The position numbers were made by a program, and so were the translations under genes. Shown piece by piece: positions 47,841 through 59,175 of a stretch of 64,000 nt of DNA. The stretch comes from an uncultured virus (IMG/VR IMGVR_UViG_3300009159_000038) (Duplodnaviria; Heunggongvirae; Uroviricota; Caudoviricetes): positions 1-64,000 of the IMG/VR virus record IMGVR_UViG_3300009159_000038. One strand, given 5' to 3'. The stretch's first letter is position 1. Every line of letters starts with the position of its first letter. Under the pieces are notes generated by a model, which was not told the origin of the DNA, did no database searches, and saw only the letters and a program-made list of their open reading frames with translations.

Positions 47841-50800
47841 ATGGCAAATAAGATACTAAAGAGAACCTCATTCGGTCTCATAAGAACTAATCCTAGATTA
47901 TCAACTAACGTAAAAATAGTTGCAAGCTCTTCAGATGAACTTTTTCTGGAGAGTATAGACTCGAATCCAATTTTAAGTAGCTCTTTATATAAAGGGTATG
48001 GAGTACAAGGTTACTATTCACAAGATCTTTTTAATTTTTTCAATCAAGGAAATGCAATTCCTAAAAATCTTCTTTACGAAGTATACGAAGAAGATGGAGC
48101 TATTTCAGTAAAAGATCGTTATAAATTTCAAAGAGATTTCACATATGCTTTAGGATCTTATCCTAAAAATTCAAAGTTATATACCGAAGAATTTGCTGCA
48201 TTTGCTCCTCTTTGGTTAGAACGAGACAATATTCCTGACTATTTTATCATATTTAGAATGGATGGTCCAGTTACCAAGAATATCAATACTGCTGAATATT
48301 CTGGAATTGATAAAGATACTGATCCTATATTGGATAAACTTATTAAAAGTCCAGATCTATTTTTCTCTAATTATATTCAAAAGGCTAAAATCATTGCTCA
48401 ATTTGATCTGACTGGTAACACAAACGTTGGATCATATATTCGTCGACATGTCAATGATCCTAATTTCCCAGAAGCTCCTCTATACTTTTCGCCAGAAGAA
48501 GGAGATTTAACTTATTGGCAAGGAATATCTCTAGATGAAGGCGGATTCACTAGAAAATCAGAGCCAATTAATACTGAATATGTTTTACCAGACAAGACTA
48601 TAATTGAATCTGAAGATTTTATCACGTTTGGTTTTTCTAGAAATTCTATTGTTTGTGCAAATCTATTAAACATGGAATTTTTATTCGATGATACCGAGCA
48701 AGAAGATTACAAATTCTATCGTTACTTTGGTATGTACGTTAGTGAACAGGAATTAGGACAATTCACGATTGATCCAGATAGGCTATATGCCGATAGATTT
48801 GTTGAAAATACTCAATCACCAATTCCTATTCTTCCTAATGTAGGAGATCCAACATTAGCGGAAAATCAAATACAAACAAATCCAAAAGGTCTTAAAGTTT
48901 ATCCTAGAATTATTACAGGTTCTACCGGAATTTATTCAGGTAGATTACTTACATGGGAAGAAACTCAAAAACCGAGGTTTGGTTATTTAAAAGATACCCT
49001 TGGTAATGTTTATTCAATAGACAATAATTATAAATGGGATAGCGAATATCAAAATCCAGGAACAACGGCTAAAGGAGATACATATACCGATAGTTCATTC
49101 TTAAGAGTAAAAGATACTACCGTCAATTGGGCAGCATTTGGCGGATTCCAAGAGCCTTTTAAGTATATTACCACTCAACAAAATGGATTGAATGGAAGTG
49201 CTAATTTTGCATTTGATGTACTAAAAAAACCAAAAGGAAAGGATCAGATTAGAATTAAATATATCAATCCTACTAATTCAAAGGCATCTACTAAAATTAC
49301 AACCGGTAATACCTTTAAAGCTTTAATAGATCAATATACAATTAGAGGAAATTCCAGTCTATCTGCCGGAACTAATGATGGAAATGAATATAGTACTTTA
49401 GGTACAACCGATCAAGTTGCTAGTTCAATAGCATTAGCTATTAATAACATAACATCATTAATTACAAGAGATCCTAGTAATTTCGGTGAAGAAATTTTAT
49501 TTGAAGCGGTTTCGCAAAAATCGACAGTAGTTGTTTATTATAAAAATACATCTGAAATTTTTAACAATATAGAATTTAGTATATTTGCTGACGTTCTTTA
49601 TGCTGAAGATATACCTTATTCCAGTCCTTCCTCTTTATCTGAATGGAATCAAGAACAATATTTAGCATCTCCAATTTTTACATCAACCGGTGCCACTTAT
49701 AATGCATCTCAAATGGGATTTGTTTATAAATATAAATTTGTAGGAGGAAATACGAAACCAGGTACTAGATTTATAATTGAAAAAGATTTTGTTGATAATT
49801 TCCTAGATCAAACCGATAAAACTTATGTTAAAACCGATAAAGGATATTCTACAATAGTTCATGAATACTCGAATTATCTAGATTCTCCTCTTTATGAAGG
49901 AGCTAATATTGTTGGATTTACCGGACTTGATAAATATTATGTTCTATCGATAACCGAGAAAACTCATTCATTAGAAATAGGAAGTGAAGGAAAGATACCT
50001 TTAAGAAAGCTAATAAAAAATTCAGTTGGTTATCTTTCATTAATGCCTATTAGAGATTTTGATTTTGACTTCTTCAATACAGATTACAATAAAGATGGAG
50101 ATGCTTCATTAGACAATCTATTTGAATGGGAATTAGGTGAAGGAGTTTTAGGAGATGGTTATGTTGCCGGTTCTTATGCCGGAGCCACTTCGCTTTTAGT
50201 TACCACTAAAAATGCCTTCACTAATCAAACTTTATATCCTATTCCAGTTGGTGCAAATTCACCTTCATTAAGAGTGGTATTCGCAAAAAGTCCTACTGGA
50301 GAAAAAGGTATGACCGGAGCTCTGCTTAATTTGCATGAAATATACACAACGGTAGATGGCGGAGATACTTGGAACATTTATCAATCTCTACCCGCTTTTG
50401 ATTATATCGATTTAGATTGGGCAGAAAACGATATTTTTATGTCATCTTCATCGGAAGAATATCCTACTATTAGAAAATTTAGCGTTACTTCGACCGGTGC
50501 AAGTCAACTAGCAATTATAAAATTAATGGATTATCCAAATTTTGGAATGCGAACTTTATCGGCTATCAACGAAGATGAGGTTGTTTTTGCTGGAACTAGA
50601 ACATATCCTGAACCAGCCGAATATCCTGAATATTTTCCATATCAAAATCAGAATGAATTGTTCTTCTATAACAGACCTTATGGTAGATGGACTACGATAG
50701 GTGCAACCGCAATAGCTCCAATAACCCGAGCAGATTTAGGTGCTGAAGGTATTCAAGGAGGAATTGGTCAATTTGCAAGCGGAGATCCACAAGCAACATC

Positions 50801-53800
50801 TTATCAATCTGCGTATATTGGCTCAAATTTTGGATTTAAACTTCAGGCAAATTTAGTCAATCCTTTTAATTTTTGTCAATTCGGAATACCGGGTAATACA
50901 GGAGGTGGAACTGCTGGAGATATGCCACTTTGGAGTTGTGGTGACGGAAGATTTAAAGTTGGTCCAGATATCGTCGCATACAATGGATTAGGTGCATTAC
51001 TTACTGCTCAAGATATGTCTGGTGGAGGTGCATCTGCTGAATGGGTATTTCAAAATATTTCGACTGGAGCTACTACTGTAGCAGCGTTTGGTATTACTGG
51101 ATCTTATTCAGATCATTATAATGTTATGGACGGAAAACCAGTAGGTGCCTTATCTTTCTTTAGTGTTGGAGGAGCTGGATCTAGCGCATCCGTATATTTG
51201 GGAAAAGACATGGTGCTCAGTAATTATTTAGTAAGTAATTATAATACAACTAGAAAATATGTTATCGGAAGAAATATGTGGAATCAAAATGATTTTGCTA
51301 CTCAATTCGGTAATTCATTAAATTTAGTATCTGCAACCTTTCCAGAATTCGGAGGAATATTTACTGCAACTTGGAATCAGGGAGATGATCCTATCTATAA
51401 TGCCTCATTTGATATGCCAGGACACTCAATTTACATACCTGAGCAAACTGGATGTGTTGCTGCAATTCCAACCGGTACAAACACCGATTCATCAATATGG
51501 GGCAAAGCGACGAATTTAGATACTGGTTTAATTGGACCGGCAAATCTAACATTCGATTATCGACAAATGTATTGGGATACGATTCCAGCAAGTGCTCCAA
51601 CTGCCGGATATGGTTATGGTTTACCTAAATTTGATGGAATTGATGGTGAATTATACCTTCAAACTGGATATGCCATAGATGCTATTCAATCGAATAATTT
51701 TACTTTTCGATCAATATATCATGTATGGAAGTGGAGTGCTAGTCTAAGTCAATGGCGATGGGAAGATCGTACTCTTTATGATAATGAAATAGCGGTTAAA
51801 ACGGTTACATTTGAAGATAAACCTATTTGGTTTGGTGTAGCTCCTCTAGGAGGAATTGAGGCAGTAGAAGCTAGTGGCACTGGAAACTTAAATACTGGAG
51901 GAACTATTTTCTCATGGGATGAAGATAGAGGAATTCAAGTTCTTTATTATTTTGGTGGAACTGCTACAGTTCAACCAAGAGGTTCTTTGATTGACGATCC
52001 AACAAACTCGGGTTTTCATCGACTTTTCGGTTGCGCAAGTGGAGGACCTTTTAGTCTTGATCTAGATGCCCTTTATTCAACTGCTCTTCCGGCAAATTTT
52101 ATGTTTCCTAAAGATAATACTGGACAATTCCAAGCTAACAACGGTTCGATGTTTACCACAACATCCACTTTTGGAAGTGGTATTTTAGGAGGAATTTCGA
52201 TTGGATCTTCGGCAAATCCTCATAGATTACATGGAGTATCATCCGCTGGAGGAATTGGCGGACAAGGAGTTGTATGGAGCTATGATGCTAATTTACCAAT
52301 TAATGTTAGTACTTCATATCAAGTAGAAGCTAATTTTAAAGGAGCTACAAATGGAGCTAATCCTCTTTATGCTCCATTCCAAGGTCCTGAAGGATTCGTT
52401 TATGGAGATGTTTATAGCGGATCCGATTTTGGATTAGGAGCTCTTTATAAAATTGCTCCGATTGCTCCTACTGGACAGGTTTGGTATGGAAATTTTGACA
52501 CTAATTATATTTCCGGTTTAACTGGATCCGGTACTATATTTGAAGATTATGATGGAGAATCCGAATTCGTTTCGATATCTGCTACTAAATCTGCGCAATT
52601 CCATACTGTTGGTAATACGGTAGTTGCACTATCGAATTATTCAACTGGCCTTATAGGATCTGTAGGAGCTAGTGCTGGTCCCTGGATTTATGGAACTAAA
52701 TTTATAGGTTCCACTTCGTTATCCAATCAATATCAACCAATGGGACCTACTGGAGCCAGTGTTGGAGGTACTTCTGGTGGATACTTCTATTCATTTAATC
52801 GAGTAAAGAATTTCCCTTGGTTAGGATCCACTGCAAATCCGGATTATTATGTTGTAAGTGGACAATCCACATTCGCTAATACTTCTGGAGCAACTTCAAT
52901 TGTAATATCTAGAGGAATTACTGGATTCTCACCTATAACAGATTACGGTATAATTAAACCGATACCTACTAGTCTTAATTTAGGTTCTGGTCCAGCATAC
53001 TCAACATCGGCACATGAAAATGATTTTGGATTATTATCTTTATGGACCTTAACTCAAGGAGGAAATCTTCTAAATTCAGTTATCGGAACAACTTCAGTCA
53101 ATGTGGCATGGGGAAGTATCACTTTACCAGGAGCTACTAATACAAGTCCTTCATTTGGAGAAGATCTAGAAATATTCCCAGTAGATATTCCTGATGAAAA
53201 TCCATTTGTTCAATGGTGGGCGCTTACCGAGGAATCTAGAAACAATGTTACCGAAGCCGTTGGTGCTGAATCTCCTTTTACCATCACTGGAGGATTCCAA
53301 AAACTTATTGGTTTATACAATGAATATGATGATACGGCAGATGACATAACAAATGAATATGATCGTCTAAAAGAAAATGACAATCCTACACTTTCAGTTT
53401 ATTCTAGAGTAGTTCCATTTATAAACAAATGGGTTTATGATAATGAATCAACTGACGTTAGAGAAAATGGATATCGTCTAAATGTCGATCAAGCATTCGG
53501 TATGTTCAATTTTACGCCTTCATTTGATGAATATAATAGAAATCCCAAGCTATTTACTCATGAATGGTATTATCTACAAGAATATCCCAAGTATATGACA
53601 TTCGATGAAAAGCGAAATTCATTTTCATATTTCGATTCAGCAATTATTAATCCTACTGGACCTACTGGTGATTATGCTTCTTATACAGGAATAACCGGAT
53701 CTTCCGGTGGTGGTTTATATAGTATAGTCGATGATTATTTCGTTGATTATTTCACTAGAGAAACGGTGGATGGAAATCCAGTGCCTAGAGATTTTAGATA

Positions 53801-55808
53801 TTCAATATTCAATGGTGGAAACGATTTTGCCTTTGCCGAAGCTTTATTTAGAGGAGCTAAGGTTGCAATTAAAGACCGAAGTGGTACATCTAATATTGAT
53901 TATAATGTTGAGGAAATTAAAACAGTTCCTAGCGCAATATATGATGATTATAAATTCTCAGCAATATTAACTTATGGAGAATCTACTGCAATCAAAGCTA
54001 TCAAAAATGATAAATGGAAAACTTTAACGGTTTTAATCGAAGCTGATATGAATGATCCGCTTTTAACAAATTATGTTGGAGATCGTTGGATTGATCGTGC
54101 TTACTTATACTCGGCAAACGACAAATATAGCTATGTTGGATATGGTGGTGCTTTTCAATATGCCGATATTGTAATTAAAGGATCTATTAATGGTTGGGTA
54201 GATACTGGAGAATATTTTGAAATTTATAGCGGAACGGATATTAATGGAGAACAACCGGATTTTAGAAATGATTTAACTCTTAATCAAGAAGGTGGATTCA
54301 ATTCCGTATACCTAGCTAATACGGTAGGTGTAACTACATACATATATAAATTTGGAGGAATATTTGATATTTCTACTAGATCATTTAAATGTACAACGAT
54401 TGAAGGTCTTCCACTCAATCCAACTTTAACGCCTAATGGTTATAATTCATATGTGAATATTCGAAATGCTTGGCCGGGTTCAGTGAGAGCAGATTATACA
54501 AAACCATTTCAACCAGGAATTGGATCTCGGATATATTATGAATTCGGTGGATATAACGCATATTCTAATATCTTAACCGGTATTAGCTTTGCTTCTATTG
54601 CCGATGCATTTAATAGTGGAGATCCACATGTTCAATATATTCAAGTAAACGATGATGGTACTGTAGAATTTAATACATTTATGCTTTCAGTATTACCACC
54701 GGATGATCTTGTTAAAGCCAGTTATTTAGACATTGCTACATCTCAAGATAAACCTTCTGGTCTACAATCATCAGTTGATATTGGATTCGAATTAATAGGT
54801 GCACCAAGAGTAGAATTATCTAGAATGAACAGATATCGTGGAGAATATGTTCCCAGATGGTATGATGTTATTAAATTTGTAGATGAAACGGATCTTAAAG
54901 AAGAAGGTCTTCAATATCTTAATATTAATATATGGGATGTTCAACGTGGAGGAAGTGGAAGTACGGCTTCGCCATATTACTATTGGAAAGATGAATCGTT
55001 AGGAATTATCCCGAATCTTTATGTTTATAAAGTTAATGTTGAAAATCCAAATATAGTTGGTGGACAAAATATAACTGGCTCAACTCGTTCAATATATCCA
55101 GCAATAGGAGAGATTTCTATTGACCATAAAGACTTCTTTGTATTTCGTTCTAATTGGGATCCGTATTATTATTGGAAATATATACGACGTAATATATCTC
55201 AAGCGGTTATAGGTACAAGAGAACCTAAAGAAGAAAAAGCTTTTTTTGGATCTAAGGTTATTGCTATTCCGGATTCTCCAATTATTGAAAAATTTGATGG
55301 AGGAGCTATTGATAGAAACGATTTTGGTCGAAGATCTACTAGGGCTAAAATCAAAACAATAACTCAAGATATTGTATTTGAAATAACTAATACTACTGCC
55401 ATACAAAAAGAGTTAACCTTAGATGTTTATGTTACATCAGCATTAAGTAAATGGTTAATCTCCGAAGGATTTGGTGCTGAATTTACTAAATATATGGATC
55501 CTGATTATTCATTTGATCAGCGAACAATAGACGACGATATCACTAAATACATCGAAGAAAATATCTTTGATCGGTATGAGGTATCGAACATAACATTCTG
55601 GGAAAAGACTTATCAACCAAATATTGTTGAACCTTTGATTCGATTAGATTATACAGATGCTCAAAAGAAAGATAATGGTTATGTGGTTTCGACTAATTTC
55701 CAAACCGTTCCTTTGGGAAATAACCCATTGAATTTTAGCTTGATATATAAACTACCAACAGACAAGCAAGTGTCTATTTCTTGCACAGTCACATTAAATA
55801 AAAAATAA
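47841..55808 (+). CDS. 2655-aa virion protein with central BNR/GloVer-like repeat region
   Basis: YTTVDGGDTW; F.GATNGANP...GPEGFVYG..SG..GLGALYKI. Confidence 0.6.
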   Translation: MANKILKRTSFGLIRTNPRLSTNVKIVASSSDELFLESIDSNPILSSSLYKGYGVQGYYSQDLFNFFNQGNAIPKNLLYEVYEEDGAISVKDRYKFQRDFTYALGSYPKNSKLYTEEFAAFAPLWLERDNIPDYFIIFRMDGPVTKNINTAEYSGIDKDTDPILDKLIKSPDLFFSNYIQKAKIIAQFDLTGNTNVGSYIRRHVNDPNFPEAPLYFSPEEGDLTYWQGISLDEGGFTRKSEPINTEYVLPDKTIIESEDFITFGFSRNSIVCANLLNMEFLFDDTEQEDYKFYRYFGMYVSEQELGQFTIDPDRLYADRFVENTQSPIPILPNVGDPTLAENQIQTNPKGLKVYPRIITGSTGIYSGRLLTWEETQKPRFGYLKDTLGNVYSIDNNYKWDSEYQNPGTTAKGDTYTDSSFLRVKDTTVNWAAFGGFQEPFKYITTQQNGLNGSANFAFDVLKKPKGKDQIRIKYINPTNSKASTKITTGNTFKALIDQYTIRGNSSLSAGTNDGNEYSTLGTTDQVASSIALAINNITSLITRDPSNFGEEILFEAVSQKSTVVVYYKNTSEIFNNIEFSIFADVLYAEDIPYSSPSSLSEWNQEQYLASPIFTSTGATYNASQMGFVYKYKFVGGNTKPGTRFIIEKDFVDNFLDQTDKTYVKTDKGYSTIVHEYSNYLDSPLYEGANIVGFTGLDKYYVLSITEKTHSLEIGSEGKIPLRKLIKNSVGYLSLMPIRDFDFDFFNTDYNKDGDASLDNLFEWELGEGVLGDGYVAGSYAGATSLLVTTKNAFTNQTLYPIPVGANSPSLRVVFAKSPTGEKGMTGALLNLHEIYTTVDGGDTWNIYQSLPAFDYIDLDWAENDIFMSSSSEEYPTIRKFSVTSTGASQLAIIKLMDYPNFGMRTLSAINEDEVVFAGTRTYPEPAEYPEYFPYQNQNELFFYNRPYGRWTTIGATAIAPITRADLGAEGIQGGIGQFASGDPQATSYQSAYIGSNFGFKLQANLVNPFNFCQFGIPGNTGGGTAGDMPLWSCGDGRFKVGPDIVAYNGLGALLTAQDMSGGGASAEWVFQNISTGATTVAAFGITGSYSDHYNVMDGKPVGALSFFSVGGAGSSASVYLGKDMVLSNYLVSNYNTTRKYVIGRNMWNQNDFATQFGNSLNLVSATFPEFGGIFTATWNQGDDPIYNASFDMPGHSIYIPEQTGCVAAIPTGTNTDSSIWGKATNLDTGLIGPANLTFDYRQMYWDTIPASAPTAGYGYGLPKFDGIDGELYLQTGYAIDAIQSNNFTFRSIYHVWKWSASLSQWRWEDRTLYDNEIAVKTVTFEDKPIWFGVAPLGGIEAVEASGTGNLNTGGTIFSWDEDRGIQVLYYFGGTATVQPRGSLIDDPTNSGFHRLFGCASGGPFSLDLDALYSTALPANFMFPKDNTGQFQANNGSMFTTTSTFGSGILGGISIGSSANPHRLHGVSSAGGIGGQGVVWSYDANLPINVSTSYQVEANFKGATNGANPLYAPFQGPEGFVYGDVYSGSDFGLGALYKIAPIAPTGQVWYGNFDTNYISGLTGSGTIFEDYDGESEFVSISATKSAQFHTVGNTVVALSNYSTGLIGSVGASAGPWIYGTKFIGSTSLSNQYQPMGPTGASVGGTSGGYFYSFNRVKNFPWLGSTANPDYYVVSGQSTFANTSGATSIVISRGITGFSPITDYGIIKPIPTSLNLGSGPAYSTSAHENDFGLLSLWTLTQGGNLLNSVIGTTSVNVAWGSITLPGATNTSPSFGEDLEIFPVDIPDENPFVQWWALTEESRNNVTEAVGAESPFTITGGFQKLIGLYNEYDDTADDITNEYDRLKENDNPTLSVYSRVVPFINKWVYDNESTDVRENGYRLNVDQAFGMFNFTPSFDEYNRNPKLFTHEWYYLQEYPKYMTFDEKRNSFSYFDSAIINPTGPTGDYASYTGITGSSGGGLYSIVDDYFVDYFTRETVDGNPVPRDFRYSIFNGGNDFAFAEALFRGAKVAIKDRSGTSNIDYNVEEIKTVPSAIYDDYKFSAILTYGESTAIKAIKNDKWKTLTVLIEADMNDPLLTNYVGDRWIDRAYLYSANDKYSYVGYGGAFQYADIVIKGSINGWVDTGEYFEIYSGTDINGEQPDFRNDLTLNQEGGFNSVYLANTVGVTTYIYKFGGIFDISTRSFKCTTIEGLPLNPTLTPNGYNSYVNIRNAWPGSVRADYTKPFQPGIGSRIYYEFGGYNAYSNILTGISFASIADAFNSGDPHVQYIQVNDDGTVEFNTFMLSVLPPDDLVKASYLDIATSQDKPSGLQSSVDIGFELIGAPRVELSRMNRYRGEYVPRWYDVIKFVDETDLKEEGLQYLNINIWDVQRGGSGSTASPYYYWKDESLGIIPNLYVYKVNVENPNIVGGQNITGSTRSIYPAIGEISIDHKDFFVFRSNWDPYYYWKYIRRNISQAVIGTREPKEEKAFFGSKVIAIPDSPIIEKFDGGAIDRNDFGRRSTRAKIKTITQDIVFEITNTTAIQKELTLDVYVTSALSKWLISEGFGAEFTKYMDPDYSFDQRTIDDDITKYIEENIFDRYEVSNITFWEKTYQPNIVEPLIRLDYTDAQKKDNGYVVSTNFQTVPLGNNPLNFSLIYKLPTDKQVSISCTVTLNKK

Positions 55809-55812
55809 GTAA

Positions 55813-58365
55813 ATGGCTAACATTTCAATAAAAGAACTTTTTCCAGCGGATTCGCTAATAAATGCCGTTGAAAAAATAAATTTTAACTTCGATCAAGTAA
55901 TTCTTGGTGGCGGTGGCCCTCAAGGAGATACTGGTGTTACTGGTCCTGCTGGTGGACAAGGTCCAGTAGGAGATCGAGGAAATTATTGGTTTGCTGGAAC
56001 TACTTATGGAGGAGTTACTGGTGATGCCTATGGTAATCCATTAGAATTAGGTGATGGATTTGTAAGTAGTGGAGGAACTGTCTACATATACTCTTTTACT
56101 GGAGGTTCAACCGGATGGTACAATACCGGAATTAATCTTGTTGGTCCTAGTGGTCCTCAAGGAGTTACTGGTGGATCATTCGAATGGCAATATTTTAGAG
56201 GAGCTACCGACATTGGTGTTAACTCATGGATTGCTGCTACTGCATATGGTGCAACTACGACGGTTAGTTCAAATCGAGATATTATTTCGTATGTTGGTGC
56301 CGAGAAGAATATTGTATTTATGGGATCTACTGGTTGGGCAATTGACCAACTTTCGGATTTTGGTTACTTCCCGACTGGATCTAATTTACAAAAACAGCTA
56401 CCTACATTAACAGTAATTCAAAGATATATTGATGGAGATAGTGTTAGTGGAATTGCATTTGGTGCAGTAGGTTTAACTTCTGGTACTGCTGGAACACTTC
56501 CTACTTCAGGAGATCTTAATGAACCGGTATCTGCTCTAGATTTTACATATTATGGATTTGAAACTACAACAACGGATCCTTGGTATAACGGAACTCTTAT
56601 ACAAAGAGCGGTTATTCACTCACCTAAAATGCCTATGGCAATTAAGATTGGTGGAACCACTCCTCTAGAAACACCGGCTAACCTTTATATAGAATCTCAA
56701 TTCTTAAAATTTAACGATTATCTAAGTGAAAAATCTTGGTTAACCGGAAACGATTCAACCGGATCTACTCCATTAGGTTTTCATCATATATTTTCAAAAT
56801 CCGTTGGATTAAATCCTCTTTCAACCGGAGTTGGTAAACAAGGTGCTGTGGTACTTCAAGGAATTGATGGAACTTATTCGATAGGATCTTATCAACATCG
56901 ATTGGGAAATACCATTATTGGTACTACTGCCGGTTTAGCTGGTAATATTGTTGCTGGATTAATTATATCAAGAGGAAATACCGGTGGAATTAGTGCATCA
57001 AATAATTACGATTCTCATATATCATTACATGCCGATAACACATCAAATGCAGTTGCAAAAATTATTGCTTCAACTGATGCGAATGGAATTCCTAGAACTC
57101 AATTTGCTTCGAGTCGTTTAGGTATTATTGGTGCTACTCCAGGAGCTACTGGATCTGCCGGATTTTTAAAAGGCGCTTGGAATTCAGAAAATTATACGCC
57201 TAAGGTTCCCTTTCACATCATTCAAGATAGTGGAAATCTAAATACAATTAATGGATCAGGTGCTGGTATATCCAGTTTAACTCTTCCTGCAAATTTATCT
57301 GGTTTAAGAGTTTTATCAATGACTGATGTTATTGATGCTCGAGGTGGTGGTCTTATTCATGGACTTACTCCAGCTTATAATATTACATCTTTATCAGGTC
57401 CAATGGGAGCTACTGTAATTTATTCATGGGATGATATTGTTCTAAGAACATTTGCTAGAGGAGCAACAAATATGTCTCCTAACATTTGGGTTAATCCTGG
57501 AGGAAGTGCAAATGGTGGATCTTTAATAGTAGGTTTAAGTTTTCCAACTACTTCGTCTAATCTTTTAGGAGGAACCGGTCAATATATTAGATCTAAACTT
57601 GCCATTGGTGGATCAATAACTGTAGGAGAGATTGCATGGCATAGAGATTATCAACCACCAACAAATGGTATTAGACTTCAAGGTTCTATATACCAAGGGG
57701 TAACCGCAAATAATCCAGGAGCTTCTGCATCATTTGATGGTTATGGATATTATGGAGGAACCGGAGGAATTGGATCTGAATCATTTTTAGCGATTGGTGA
57801 TTCTACATTTACTGCTAGAGCATTAGGTGGATATAAATATTACCAATCACAAGTTGGAAATGGAGGAATTCCATCAATATTTGCTGGAGCATTCCAAGGA
57901 CCTATAATTATTGAAGGATCTAATAAAACAACGGATGGAGCAAATGGTCAATTACAAGATATTCGTATAGTTAACTCAAGTATGTTTAATCATGCGGCTG
58001 CCTTAATTGGAGGAAAAGTTATTATTGGAGGATCTGCATATTCTCAATCATGGTACACAAAAGACCCGTATTATACCGGTGGTTTAGTTGCTAATGTAGT
58101 TGTAGTTGGAGATCCAATAACCGGAGCTACTGTATCAGGACATGGTTTAGGTTATCCTGAAACTGCTGCTCTATCAGTTAACTCAACAACTAAAGGTTTT
58201 GCACCACCGAGAATGAGCCAGACACAAAGAGTTGCAATGGGATCCGTCGCCCAAGGTCTTATGGTTTATCAAGTAACTGGAACTCCCGGTGCTCCTGGTC
58301 CTACTGGAGAAGGTTTATATATGTACACTAGTGCTGGATGGACTGGTCCAATGAGATTCTCGTAA
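55813..58365 (+). CDS. Tail fibre-like protein
   Basis: EKINFNFDQ N-terminus, short collagen stretch, C-terminal LSVNSTTKGFAPPRMSQTQR..GLMVYQ. Confidence 0.7.
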   Translation: MANISIKELFPADSLINAVEKINFNFDQVILGGGGPQGDTGVTGPAGGQGPVGDRGNYWFAGTTYGGVTGDAYGNPLELGDGFVSSGGTVYIYSFTGGSTGWYNTGINLVGPSGPQGVTGGSFEWQYFRGATDIGVNSWIAATAYGATTTVSSNRDIISYVGAEKNIVFMGSTGWAIDQLSDFGYFPTGSNLQKQLPTLTVIQRYIDGDSVSGIAFGAVGLTSGTAGTLPTSGDLNEPVSALDFTYYGFETTTTDPWYNGTLIQRAVIHSPKMPMAIKIGGTTPLETPANLYIESQFLKFNDYLSEKSWLTGNDSTGSTPLGFHHIFSKSVGLNPLSTGVGKQGAVVLQGIDGTYSIGSYQHRLGNTIIGTTAGLAGNIVAGLIISRGNTGGISASNNYDSHISLHADNTSNAVAKIIASTDANGIPRTQFASSRLGIIGATPGATGSAGFLKGAWNSENYTPKVPFHIIQDSGNLNTINGSGAGISSLTLPANLSGLRVLSMTDVIDARGGGLIHGLTPAYNITSLSGPMGATVIYSWDDIVLRTFARGATNMSPNIWVNPGGSANGGSLIVGLSFPTTSSNLLGGTGQYIRSKLAIGGSITVGEIAWHRDYQPPTNGIRLQGSIYQGVTANNPGASASFDGYGYYGGTGGIGSESFLAIGDSTFTARALGGYKYYQSQVGNGGIPSIFAGAFQGPIIIEGSNKTTDGANGQLQDIRIVNSSMFNHAAALIGGKVIIGGSAYSQSWYTKDPYYTGGLVANVVVVGDPITGATVSGHGLGYPETAALSVNSTTKGFAPPRMSQTQRVAMGSVAQGLMVYQVTGTPGAPGPTGEGLYMYTSAGWTGPMRFS

Positions 58366-58382
58366 TAAAAAATTAAAAAATT

Positions 58383-59162
58383 ATGAAATTTGACTATAAA
58401 AAATTGAAGCTTAATCAAATCTTAATGATTGGATTTGTGATTGTGCTGCTTCTATTTCTTAGACAATGTTCAGTTACGGATGGTCTTAAAGATGAATTGA
58501 TGGTAGCCGGACAAAATGAAAAAGCACTTAACGACTCAGTTAGAGAAACAACTAATAAGCTAGGCGAACAAGTTTTTCTAAAGAACACCTTCATTGCAGA
58601 CGGTAAGAAACTTAAAGAACTTAATGCGGAACTTTATAGAGAAGTTAAAAATCTAAAGGGTGACGTTAAGATGATTACTACCGCCAATGCCGGAATCAAA
58701 TCGGATCCAATTTATCTGACAAATACCATCACTAAATATGCCGATGGAATTGTAGATATTGGTTGGAAATATGATTCCATCTTTTCGAAAGGTAATTACA
58801 GAAAGTTGGCAGGGATATCTAAGATTCAATACGATTCAGCGAATGTTCTAGATAAAGGAACCACTATAACACAAGATGAAATCGGTATCTCGGTGACCAC
58901 AGGTTTGGTTAAACTTGATGGATCTTATCAAATATTTGTAAAATCTAATTATCCTGGAATGACAATTTCTGATATACAAGGATCTATTCTTGACAAGAAC
59001 ATGATTCAATCTGATGAATCTTCTTGGGTATTTGGACCTTATGTAGGTGTTGGTGTTGGTGTTGATCCCATGAATAAAACTATTGGACCTAATGTATCTT
59101 TTGGATTGGGAATTACATATAACTTGAATAAGAAGATTAAAAGGCTCTTTAAGCCCTTCTAA
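58383..59162 (+). CDS. Membrane-anchored protein, possible spanin-like lysis protein
   Basis: N-terminal TM helix, coiled coil, C-terminal amphipathic beta segment GPYVGVGVG..GLGITYNL. Confidence 0.45.
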   Translation: MKFDYKKLKLNQILMIGFVIVLLLFLRQCSVTDGLKDELMVAGQNEKALNDSVRETTNKLGEQVFLKNTFIADGKKLKELNAELYREVKNLKGDVKMITTANAGIKSDPIYLTNTITKYADGIVDIGWKYDSIFSKGNYRKLAGISKIQYDSANVLDKGTTITQDEIGISVTTGLVKLDGSYQIFVKSNYPGMTISDIQGSILDKNMIQSDESSWVFGPYVGVGVGVDPMNKTIGPNVSFGLGITYNLNKKIKRLFKPF

Positions 59163-59175
59163 ATAATAAACGTAA

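Noticed and set aside
3197..58365. Introns, inteins or diversity-generating retroelements
   Set aside because: No split ORFs, homing endonuclease, reverse transcriptase or TR/VR pair recognised by eye; a dot plot and HMM scan would be needed to exclude them fully
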